DNA of 64,000 nucleotides, taken from NCBI GenBank assembly GCA_902535625.1, contig CACAUA010000001.1, positions 2,517 to 66,516 on the forward strand. Direction: 5' to 3'. A program made the position numbers and the translations under genes. Source of the DNA: an uncultured Pelagibacteraceae bacterium. Its GTDB lineage: Bacteria > Pseudomonadota > Alphaproteobacteria > Pelagibacterales > Pelagibacteraceae. The notes under the pieces are model-generated. The model was not told the DNA's origin, ran no database searches, and saw nothing but the letters and a program-made list of their open reading frames with translations. Of this stretch, positions 1 to 8,715 are shown piece by piece; within the stretch, counting starts at the first letter, position 1; the number at the start of each line of letters is the position of its first letter.

Positions 1-147
1 GTCGCAGCTAATTTAAATCAACTACAAAACAGTAATTCAAAAATAGAATTTTCAACAGGAATTTTAAATATTCAAATTGATAATGAATTAAATATAAAAA
101 TGAGAGGTCCTGTGTCTGAAATTGAAAAGATTAATATCAAAATATAA
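1..147 (+). CDS. dapF: Diaminopimelate epimerase, 3' end (partial; not in ORF track)
   Basis: Frame 1 reads VAANLNQ...TGILNIQIDNELNIKMRGPVSEIEKINIKI*, resembling the DapF C-terminus (G.L.I...MxGP). The stop overlaps the ftsY ATG (TAATG). dapF-ftsY linkage is common in Alphaproteobacteria. Confidence 0.7.
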   Translation, partial: VAANLNQLQNSNSKIEFSTGILNIQIDNELNIKMRGPVSEIEKINIKI

Positions 148-1064
148 TGGGTATTTTTGAAAAATTTAAAATCGGATTTAAAAGAAGTGCAAGCAATATA
201 GCATCAGGCCTTAAAGAAATAATAGTTAAGAAAGAAATTGACGATGCAACTCTTGATAAAATAGAAGAATTCTTGATCGGCTCAGATGTGGGCATAGATG
301 CAGCATCAGAGATAAAATCTATAATTGCTCAAAAAAAGATTGATCCTAAAAATGATCCAATCAAGGAAGTTTTCGAAATACTAAATAATTATATTTTAGA
401 ACTAATGACACCCCTAGAAAAAAAAGATTTTTTTTTAAAAAAGGAAAAGACAAATATAATACTAGTTTCAGGTGTTAATGGAGTTGGTAAGACAACTACT
501 ATTGGAAAATTAGGAAAAATATTTATACAAAATAATAATAAAGTTCTTTTTTCAGCATGCGATACATTTAGAGCAGCTGCTATTGATCAATTAGAAGAAT
601 GGGCTAACAGGGTTGATGCTAAAATTGTAAAATCAGATCCTGGTTCTGATCCGGCTTCAGTTGCTTTTAAAGCAATGGAAATAGCTCAAAGTCAAAACAT
701 AAATCAAGTAATAGTAGACACGGCAGGAAGATTACAAAATAAAAAGAATTTAATGGATGAATTAAAAAAAATAGGGAATGTAATTAAAAAAAGTGATGAA
801 ACAGCACCTCACGAGGTTATCTTAGTTTTAGATGCAACATCGGGACAAAATATAATTAATCAACTCGAAGAATTTAATAAATTACTTCCAATCACAGGCA
901 TCATAATGACAAAACTTGATGGAACTGCAAAAGGTGGAATATTAATTGCGATTTCAAAGAAATATAAAGTACCTATTGTTGGTCTCGGGCTTGGAGAAAA
1001 AGAGGATGACTTACAAATATTTGAAGCTGAGAAGTTTGCAAGTGCATTTACCCAAGTTAATTAA
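147..1064 (+). CDS. ftsY: SRP receptor GTPase FtsY (NG domain only)
   Basis: GVNGVGKTTT, DTFRAAA, DTAGR, TKLDGTAKGG motifs. Confidence 0.97.
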   Translation: MGIFEKFKIGFKRSASNIASGLKEIIVKKEIDDATLDKIEEFLIGSDVGIDAASEIKSIIAQKKIDPKNDPIKEVFEILNNYILELMTPLEKKDFFLKKEKTNIILVSGVNGVGKTTTIGKLGKIFIQNNNKVLFSACDTFRAAAIDQLEEWANRVDAKIVKSDPGSDPASVAFKAMEIAQSQNINQVIVDTAGRLQNKKNLMDELKKIGNVIKKSDETAPHEVILVLDATSGQNIINQLEEFNKLLPITGIIMTKLDGTAKGGILIAISKKYKVPIVGLGLGEKEDDLQIFEAEKFASAFTQVN

Positions 1065-1620
1065 GCAAATTTTTAGAAATTAAAGGTTTATAAATGTTGC
1101 ACTCAAAATTATTTTTTAGAGATTTATAACCACAGTTTTCAGCATAAGAAGAGATTATAAAATTTAATTTGCCAGAGGTATTAGCAATTTCTAGCTTATT
1201 ATTTTTTATGTCATATTTTAAATTTTCATAAAAATTTTTTTTTGCACTTATCAAAATTAAAGTGTTGTTGTCATTTAATAAATAGTAAGCAAAATCCTCT
1301 GGGAAAAGTGGGTAATTATATTTTTTTGAAATTTTTTTTACTTTTTTTGGAAACCAGTCATATGAAATCAAAGGGTAATCTTTATTTAAATTTTTATCAT
1401 ATAAGTATAAGTCCTGTGGAAAATCATTGATATAATTAGAAAATTCTCCCTTTGCTAAAATAGCTTTCTTCCGTGTTTTAAAATATAGAGTGAACTCGCT
1501 ATTGTAAGAGTTCATTTTTCCAATATGGAAATAATTGTTATCATAGTACTCATTATTTATTTCTGAACTAAGTTTTGTTGGCAATATTAATAAAAAAAGT
1601 AATAAAAGAAATTTAAACAT
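1057..1620 (-). CDS. Hypothetical exported protein
   Basis: 187-aa ORF with signal-peptide-like N-terminus (MFKFLLLLFLLILP) and two C-terminal Cys; no family recognised. Confidence 0.6.
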   Translation of the reverse strand: MFKFLLLLFLLILPTKLSSEINNEYYDNNYFHIGKMNSYNSEFTLYFKTRKKAILAKGEFSNYINDFPQDLYLYDKNLNKDYPLISYDWFPKKVKKISKKYNYPLFPEDFAYYLLNDNNTLILISAKKNFYENLKYDIKNNKLEIANTSGKLNFIISSYAENCGYKSLKNNFECNIYKPLISKNLLN

Positions 1621-1668
1621 ATCTAAAATTATAATTTAAAAGTGATGTGGATTTGTTTAAATTATGTC

Positions 1669-2481
1669 TTAATTTAAACTTTTTATAAAATTATCGATTG
1701 ATTGAATTAAACCTTTATTAAATTCCATCATATGATCATCGTTGTCATTAAAATAATTTGACTTAACTCCACCATATTTATTAAATATTTCTTCACCCAT
1801 ATAAAATGGCACAATATTATCCTTTTTTCCGTGCATCACATGCATGGGAAACTTTATTTTGTTAATTTTTTCAATGGATTTGTATTTATCTTTTAAAATA
1901 ATTTTTGCAGGAAGATATGGGTAATATTTTTGTGCCAAAATCTCCATGGATGTAAATGGGGACTCTAATATTATACCTGCAAATAAATTCTTACTTGCGG
2001 TCTCTATTGCTACAGCAGTGCCAAGAGACTCTCCATAGAGAACAATATCTTTATCTTCTATATTGTTTTGATTAAGCCATTCCTTGGCTTTAATTGCATC
2101 TTTGTAAAGTCCAATTTCTGTTGGTTTGCCTTTGTTTCCACTAAAGCCTCTATATGCAAAAATTAAATAGTTTAAATCTAAATCTGCAAACTCATTTAGT
2201 TTATAAATTCTATTATCTAATTTTCCAGCATTTCCGTGAAAAAAAAGCAAAGTTTTAGAGTTATTATTTTTTTTGTAATACCATCCAACTAGATCATTAT
2301 CAGATTGAATAGTTACTTTTTCGATTTTGTGAGATAGAGGTCCCTCATCTAAATAATTATTTTCTCCAGGATGGTATAATAATTTTCTTTGATAAAAATA
2401 AACTATTAGAGAAACTACAAAGTAAATAATAAAAATATAAAACAGAATTTTTGCAAATAACATTTTAGGCTTTAATTTCAT
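1669..2481 (-). CDS. Membrane-anchored alpha/beta hydrolase (Bem46/ABHD13-like)
   Basis: N-terminal TM, FHGNAG, YRGF, nucleophile GESLG, HGKKD, C-terminal His. Confidence 0.88.
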   Translation of the reverse strand: MKLKPKMLFAKILFYIFIIYFVVSLIVYFYQRKLLYHPGENNYLDEGPLSHKIEKVTIQSDNDLVGWYYKKNNNSKTLLFFHGNAGKLDNRIYKLNEFADLDLNYLIFAYRGFSGNKGKPTEIGLYKDAIKAKEWLNQNNIEDKDIVLYGESLGTAVAIETASKNLFAGIILESPFTSMEILAQKYYPYLPAKIILKDKYKSIEKINKIKFPMHVMHGKKDNIVPFYMGEEIFNKYGGVKSNYFNDNDDHMMEFNKGLIQSIDNFIKSLN

Positions 2482-3367
2482 TTTTACTTTTTCTTCTTAC
2501 CAAATAAATACCAAAAAACACAAATATGGTACCTATTAAATGATAATTTTCCAAAATCTCTGAAAAAAATATTATTCCATAAAAAGCTCCATAAATTGTA
2601 TAGAGGTATAGCGTGAAACCAGTTGTTGATGGTCCTAAATATTTAATAGTTAATGTGTATAGTGAGAAAGCGATTATACCTGGAGAAATTGCTGCAAACA
2701 AAATCCAATAATAAAATTCTTCATTAAATAAAGTTTTTTCAAAATAAAAATGCTCTATAAAATAAAAAGGCAAAATAGATAAAAAACCAAAGAAAGATAT
2801 AATTGTTAGTCTTGGAAAAAATTTAAGTTCTGAATTCCATTGAAAAAGCATAACTGTATAAATTGCCCAGCCTAATGCTGCTCCTAACATCCAAAAATCT
2901 CCAGAAGCAAATTTTAATTCAAGAAGTAAATTGATATCGCCCTTTAAAATTACAGCAAACACTCCAACTAGACAAAAAAGTAAGCCAATAAATTGGAAAA
3001 TATTTATCTTATCTTTAAAAAGAAAATATGAGATTAAAATTATAAATATTGGTGAAGAAGTATAAAGAATTCCCATATTAACAATGGTTGTAGATGAACC
3101 AGCCATATATGGAAATATTCCACAAACACCACATCCCATCAAACCTAGAAAAAAACTTCTTTTACTCTCTTTTTTAATAGTCTGAAAATTATCAACTAAA
3201 TACTTATAATTTAGGACGAATAAAATAATGAAAAAAATAAACCATCTCCAAAAAGATAAAGATATGGGAGGAACATCATCAACACCACCTCTTGCTACAA
3301 TTAAATTACTAGCCATAAAAAGTGGCTGAAATAATAATAGAAAATATCCGATAAAATTTTTATTCAT
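2465..3367 (-). CDS. DMT/EamA family transporter
   Basis: 300 aa, ~10 TM helices, two EamA-like repeats (SSPIFII..., GDFWML...WAIY). Confidence 0.88.
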   Translation of the reverse strand: MNKNFIGYFLLLFQPLFMASNLIVARGGVDDVPPISLSFWRWFIFFIILFVLNYKYLVDNFQTIKKESKRSFFLGLMGCGVCGIFPYMAGSSTTIVNMGILYTSSPIFIILISYFLFKDKINIFQFIGLLFCLVGVFAVILKGDINLLLELKFASGDFWMLGAALGWAIYTVMLFQWNSELKFFPRLTIISFFGFLSILPFYFIEHFYFEKTLFNEEFYYWILFAAISPGIIAFSLYTLTIKYLGPSTTGFTLYLYTIYGAFYGIIFFSEILENYHLIGTIFVFFGIYLVRRKSKNEIKA

Positions 3368-4568
3368 TTTTATTTAATATTAAAAAAAATAAGTAACTTA
3401 AAATGCATAAAAATAAAAAAATTGAAAAAGAAATTTGATAGCTCATTGTAATAGTAGCACCTAAATTTCTGGAAAAATCTATTATTAAACCAATTATCCA
3501 TTGTACAAAAAAAGTACCAGAAAATAAAAATACATTGAATGAAGTTAAAGATTTTCCTGCTAGTTTAGTAGGAAAATTTAATGCTATTGCTGGTTGGGTT
3601 AAAGAAATTACTATTGATGATAAAATATAAAGAGTGAACATGGTTGCACCAGCTTTGTCTCCCATTATGACTATTAAAAATAAAATTATATAACTTACAG
3701 GAAGTGTAAATTTTACAATTCTCATACTGTCAATTCCCTTGGAAGATAGTTTTGGCAAAAAATATCCCCATATTAAAAAAGAAAAAAGCATAGTTACATT
3801 TATCCAAAATAAACCTGTCGCACTTTGTATTGCATCATAACCTGTTACATTTAGCATCCATGGTCCAGCCCACAATGTTTGTATTGCTTGAACGCCTCCA
3901 TAATTAAAAAATGCAAGCGGTACTAAGCTAATAAAGAATTTATTTTTCCATATGTGGGAAAGATTTTGAAGATTATTATTTTGGTCTTCATCCCTCTTAG
4001 TTTCCCACGAAGGTATTAAAATTGATATTAATATTATGCTTATCAAAATTAAAGAGGCTATAATTAAAAAAATAGATCGCCAACCAATTATTGGTAATAA
4101 AATTTGAACTGGTAGAGTTGATGCAACAAATCCAAAATTTGCAACCATCAACATCCATGAATTTGCACGTTGTTGATATTTTTCTTCAAACCATACTCTA
4201 TAACCAGTTAAAGGACCCATTAAACAAGCAGCAACACCTACACCAATGAAAATTCTAGAAATTAATAAACCTGCAAAACTTTTAGCAAAAGCAAATGAAA
4301 TAGTTCCAATAAGAGCAATGATTAATAAATATCCGATAACTTTTTTTGGACCAAATCTATCTAATAACATACCGGTAGGAATTTGCATGAGCGAAAACCC
4401 TAGAAAATATCCTCCAGCTAAAAGTCCAAGATTTGCGGCACTTAAATTGAATTCAGTTGAAAGAGCAGGTGTTAATGTTGCGGTAATTGATCTCAGTAAA
4501 TTTGATATAAAAAAGCCAAAGGCAAATACAGAAAAAATTAGAATACTTTTATTTATTTTATTGATCAT
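3360..4568 (-). CDS. MFS transporter
   Basis: ~12 TM helices, motif A GMLLDRFGPKK, RIFIGVG. Confidence 0.9.
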   Translation of the reverse strand: MINKINKSILIFSVFAFGFFISNLLRSITATLTPALSTEFNLSAANLGLLAGGYFLGFSLMQIPTGMLLDRFGPKKVIGYLLIIALIGTISFAFAKSFAGLLISRIFIGVGVAACLMGPLTGYRVWFEEKYQQRANSWMLMVANFGFVASTLPVQILLPIIGWRSIFLIIASLILISIILISILIPSWETKRDEDQNNNLQNLSHIWKNKFFISLVPLAFFNYGGVQAIQTLWAGPWMLNVTGYDAIQSATGLFWINVTMLFSFLIWGYFLPKLSSKGIDSMRIVKFTLPVSYIILFLIVIMGDKAGATMFTLYILSSIVISLTQPAIALNFPTKLAGKSLTSFNVFLFSGTFFVQWIIGLIIDFSRNLGATITMSYQISFSIFLFLCILSYLFFLILNKNE

Positions 4569-4598
4569 TTATATTTTTTATGAAATTACAGTTCTATT

Positions 4599-6182
4599 AT
4601 GAATAATCATTCAACAAAAGATAAAGATGCCATTTCTTCAAATGGTATGGCCGCAACATCACATCCATTAGCTACAGAAGAAGCTCTTAGAATATTACAA
4701 AAAGGTGGAAATGCAGTTGATGCAGCTATTGCAGCTTCTGTTGTTCTGTCTGTTGCAGAGCCTAATGCCACAAGTATAGGTGGAGATTGTTTTGCAATAA
4801 TAAAAATGAATGGAAAAGGCCCTGTTTCATATAATGGATCAGGTATTGCTCCAGCAAAAGCGAATTTTGATTATTTCAAGGAAAAGAATATAGATAAAAT
4901 TGGATTAACAAGTCCTCACGCAGTAACTATTCCTGGTGCATTAGATGCTTGGAATTCAATTCATAATGATTTTGGAAAACTCGATTTTGAGGAGTTGTTT
5001 CACAAAGGTATAGATATTGCAAAGAATGGTTTTAAAGTGACTAAAGTTGTTGCTAACGCCTGGAGCAACGTATTTAATAAATTAAACGATAACCCATATT
5101 CTAGAAAACATATGCTAAATAATGGTAAAAGTTATCAATTTAATGAGGTAAATAAAAATCCTGCACTTGGAGAGACTCTCGAAAAAATTTCAAAAAATGG
5201 AGTTAAAGAATTTTATGAAGGATCAATTGCTGAAGATTTAGTTAAAACTTTAAAAGAGTTTGGAGGCTTACATACAATTGAAGATTTCCATAAGCAAAAA
5301 ACTATTAAATCAGACACTTTATCAGATAGATATAGAGATATTATCATACATCAATGTCCTCCGAGCGGACCTGGAATAACAGTTTTAATAATGATGAAGT
5401 TATTAGAAAAGTTAGGTATTGAAAAATATGATGTGAATTCATTTGAAAGATTTCATCTTGAAGCAGAAGTTACAAAGCAGGCATATAAACTTAAAGAGGA
5501 AAATATTGGTGATCCAGAATTTGTAGATTTAGATTTGAAAAAAATATTAAGTGAACAAAATATAGATAATATTTCAAAAAATATATCTATTAATGGCTGC
5601 GCAGATGTAGGAGATCTAAATATTCCAAACCATCCTGAAACAGTTTATTTAAGCGTGGTAGACAGAGATTTAAATGTAGTTTCAATAATAAATTCTGTTT
5701 GCTATGCTTTTGGATCTGGAATAACAGGTGATAAATCTGGAGTGGTTCTTCACAATAGAGGAACTAATTTTAGAGTTGAGGAAGGTCATCCTAATTGTAT
5801 TCAGGGATTAAAAAGACCACTACATACCATAATTCCTGGAATAGTTATGAACAACAAAGGAGAATGTGAATTATCTTATGGAGTAATGGGGGGACAATAT
5901 CAACCTGTTGGACAAGTTCATGTTTTAAATAGCATTATTGATTATAACTTAACTCCTCAACAAGCCATTTCATTTCCTAGAGCTTTCCATTTCAATAACA
6001 TTTATAAATTAGAGAAAAGTATTGATGAAAAAATTTTTAATAATTTAAAAGAAGTCGGTCATAATGTTGAGTATATAGATGGTACTCATGGAGGTGGACA
6101 AGCAATTCAAATAGATAGAGAAAAAGGAAATTTAGTTGGCGGTTCAGATCCAAGAAAAGATGGATACGCAAAAGGTTATTAA
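4599..6182 (+). CDS. Gamma-glutamyltransferase-family Ntn hydrolase (YwrD/HpxW-like, no signal peptide)
   Basis: GGNAVDAAIAA, IGGDCF, autocleavage Thr in HPE/TVYLSVVD, RPLHTIIP, GVMGG, DPRKDG. Confidence 0.9.
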   Translation: MNNHSTKDKDAISSNGMAATSHPLATEEALRILQKGGNAVDAAIAASVVLSVAEPNATSIGGDCFAIIKMNGKGPVSYNGSGIAPAKANFDYFKEKNIDKIGLTSPHAVTIPGALDAWNSIHNDFGKLDFEELFHKGIDIAKNGFKVTKVVANAWSNVFNKLNDNPYSRKHMLNNGKSYQFNEVNKNPALGETLEKISKNGVKEFYEGSIAEDLVKTLKEFGGLHTIEDFHKQKTIKSDTLSDRYRDIIIHQCPPSGPGITVLIMMKLLEKLGIEKYDVNSFERFHLEAEVTKQAYKLKEENIGDPEFVDLDLKKILSEQNIDNISKNISINGCADVGDLNIPNHPETVYLSVVDRDLNVVSIINSVCYAFGSGITGDKSGVVLHNRGTNFRVEEGHPNCIQGLKRPLHTIIPGIVMNNKGECELSYGVMGGQYQPVGQVHVLNSIIDYNLTPQQAISFPRAFHFNNIYKLEKSIDEKIFNNLKEVGHNVEYIDGTHGGGQAIQIDREKGNLVGGSDPRKDGYAKGY

Positions 6183-6187
6183 TTTAA

Positions 6188-7696
6188 ATGAACTCTAGAA
6201 TTGTTAGAAATATTATAGAAACACAAAATGATAATCGAATTGCAATAACATCTGAAAGTAGTTCTCCACTAAAATTTGTTGATTTAAAATCATTAATAGA
6301 AAGAATTTCAAAACAATTATCAGGTAATGGTATTAATAATAAAGATCGTGCAGCAATAGTTTTGCCAAACGGTCCTTACATGGCAACTAGTTTTTTGGCG
6401 ATTTCAAGCTACATGTCTGCTGCACCTTTAAACCCTAACTATAAATCTGAAGAATTCGAATTTTACCTAGAGGATTTAAAACCAAAGATAGTGATTGTAG
6501 AGAAAAATTCTAAAAATCCAGTAGTAGAAGTCGCAAATAAATTAAAAATTCCTGTTTGCGAAATAAAATCAGACGGAAATACTTTAAGCGGAGATTTCAA
6601 TCTTTTTGAAAAAAGCAGTGATTATGTTTTGCCAGGCGAAGATCATGAAGCTCTTGTGCTGCATACTTCGGGCACTACATCAAGACCTAAGATTGTTCCA
6701 TTAACAAATAAAAATATTTTTTCTTCAGCAGATAATATCTCCAAAAGTCTTAATTTAACTGATAAAGATCATTGTCTAAATATTATGCCATTATTTCATA
6801 TACATGGCTTAATTGCAGTTCTTGCAGCCTCTATGAAGGTAGGGGCATCTGTATGTGCAAGTAGTGGATTTAATGCATTAAAATTTTTAGATAATGCAAA
6901 AAGAGAGAAAATAACTTGGTATTCTGGAGTACCAACAATGCATCAAGCAATATTGATGAGAGCAGATAAAAATCTAGAAACTGCTAAACAATTAAATCTT
7001 AGATTTTTAAGATCATCATCAGCATCTCTACCTCCAGCTGTATTTGAAAAACTAAATGAGGTATTTAATTGTCCAGTAATAGAAGCATATGGGATGACGG
7101 AAGCTACTCATCAAATGACCTCAAATCCTTTACCGCCTAAGTCCCAAAAACCTGGCTTTGTAGGAATTCCTGCTGGGCCAGAAGTTTGTATTATGGATAC
7201 TAATAACAAGATTTTAAATCAAGGAGAAGAGGGAGAAGTTTGCATTAGGGGTGAAAATGTTACTTCCGGATATGAAAATAATCCAGATGCAAATAAAAAT
7301 AGCTTTTCAAATGGTTGGTTTAGAACAGGAGATCAGGGATATTTTGATAAAGATGGTTATCTAAAAATCTCAGGAAGATTGAAGGAAATAATTAATAAAG
7401 GTGGTGAAAAGATTTCACCTTTAGAAGTCGATAACATTCTTATGGATCATCCAAATATTGAGCAAGCTGTTTGCTTTGGATATGAAGATAAAATGCTTGG
7501 GGAAGATATAGCTACCGCAATAATCATAAAAGAGGGCATGAAGTGTACTGAAGATGATATAAAAATGTATGCAAATGAAAAACTTGCAAAATTTAAAATT
7601 CCAAAGAAAATATTTTTTGTAAATGAAATTCCTAAAGGTGCAACAGGTAAACTACAAAGAAATACTTTAGCTAAAAAGTTTGGATTAGTGAACTAA
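6188..7696 (+). CDS. Acyl-CoA synthetase, oxalate-CoA ligase-like (AAE3/Pcs60 type)
   Basis: HTSGTTSRPK, PLFHIHGL, RSSSASL, EAYGMTEATHQMTSNPLPP, PKGATGKLQR. Confidence 0.85.
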   Translation: MNSRIVRNIIETQNDNRIAITSESSSPLKFVDLKSLIERISKQLSGNGINNKDRAAIVLPNGPYMATSFLAISSYMSAAPLNPNYKSEEFEFYLEDLKPKIVIVEKNSKNPVVEVANKLKIPVCEIKSDGNTLSGDFNLFEKSSDYVLPGEDHEALVLHTSGTTSRPKIVPLTNKNIFSSADNISKSLNLTDKDHCLNIMPLFHIHGLIAVLAASMKVGASVCASSGFNALKFLDNAKREKITWYSGVPTMHQAILMRADKNLETAKQLNLRFLRSSSASLPPAVFEKLNEVFNCPVIEAYGMTEATHQMTSNPLPPKSQKPGFVGIPAGPEVCIMDTNNKILNQGEEGEVCIRGENVTSGYENNPDANKNSFSNGWFRTGDQGYFDKDGYLKISGRLKEIINKGGEKISPLEVDNILMDHPNIEQAVCFGYEDKMLGEDIATAIIIKEGMKCTEDDIKMYANEKLAKFKIPKKIFFVNEIPKGATGKLQRNTLAKKFGLVN

Positions 7697-8715
7697 TGAC
7701 TAAAATTTGTATATTTGGAGCTGGGTCTATTGGTGGATTTATTGCTACAAGTTTAAAAAAAACAAACGCACAAGTCTCTTTAATTGCAAGAGGAGAACAT
7801 AAAAAAGCAATAGAGCAAAATGGATTAACTTTTATAAGAGATGATAATAAAGTTAATTTTAAATTTGATGTAACAGACAATCCTAAAGATTTGGATGAAC
7901 AAGATTTCATAATTATTTCTGTAAAAGCTAACGCTATTAGTAAAATTTCAGAAAGCTTAAAACCAATTATGGGTAAAAAAACTTCAATTATATGCGCCAT
8001 TAATGGATTGCCTTGGTGGTACTTTCATAAAGCTAATACGGGTACCAAATTAGACAATCAAATAGTTGAAAGTGTGGATCCAGGTGGAAAAATATGGCAA
8101 ACTCTAGGACCTGAAAGAGCAATTGGTTGTGTAGTTTATCCAGCTTGTCAGATATTAGAGCCAGGTGTTATTAAACATAATGGTAATGGTGAACGATTTT
8201 CTTTAGGTGAACCAGATGGAACCAGATCAGAAAGACTAAAAATAATTTCAAGTTTATTCATAGAAGGCGGTTTAAAAGCTCCTCAGAAGAAAAATTTAAG
8301 AGACGAAATTTGGGTGAAACTATGGGGGAATTGTTCATTCAACCCAGTAAGTGCTCTAACAAATAAAACTATGGATGAAATGGGTAATGATCCTGAAACT
8401 TACAATTTAATAAAAGTTTTAATGCAGGAGTGCCAACAAGTTGGAGAAAAAATCGGAGTTAAATTCAATATATCAATTGAGGATCGAATTAAGGGTGGAG
8501 TCTCAATTATAGGACATAGACCTTCGACCGCTCAAGATTTAAATGCTGGCAAACCACTAGAAATAGATCCAATAATTGGTTCAATTATAGAAATTGCAAA
8601 TAAGCTTGATTTAAATGTTCCAAAATTAAAAGAGATTAATGAAAAATTAAAGTCCAAGGCAGAAGACTTGGGTCTTTATACAAGATCAGAATTAATTGAT
8701 AAATTAACAGTTTAA
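7696..8715 (+). CDS. Ketopantoate-reductase-family oxidoreductase, PanE2/oxalyl-CoA reductase-like
   Basis: GAGSIGG Rossmann motif, NGLPWWYF, WVKLWGN, PLEID; TAATG-coupled to the ligase. Confidence 0.8.
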   Translation: MTKICIFGAGSIGGFIATSLKKTNAQVSLIARGEHKKAIEQNGLTFIRDDNKVNFKFDVTDNPKDLDEQDFIIISVKANAISKISESLKPIMGKKTSIICAINGLPWWYFHKANTGTKLDNQIVESVDPGGKIWQTLGPERAIGCVVYPACQILEPGVIKHNGNGERFSLGEPDGTRSERLKIISSLFIEGGLKAPQKKNLRDEIWVKLWGNCSFNPVSALTNKTMDEMGNDPETYNLIKVLMQECQQVGEKIGVKFNISIEDRIKGGVSIIGHRPSTAQDLNAGKPLEIDPIIGSIIEIANKLDLNVPKLKEINEKLKSKAEDLGLYTRSELIDKLTV

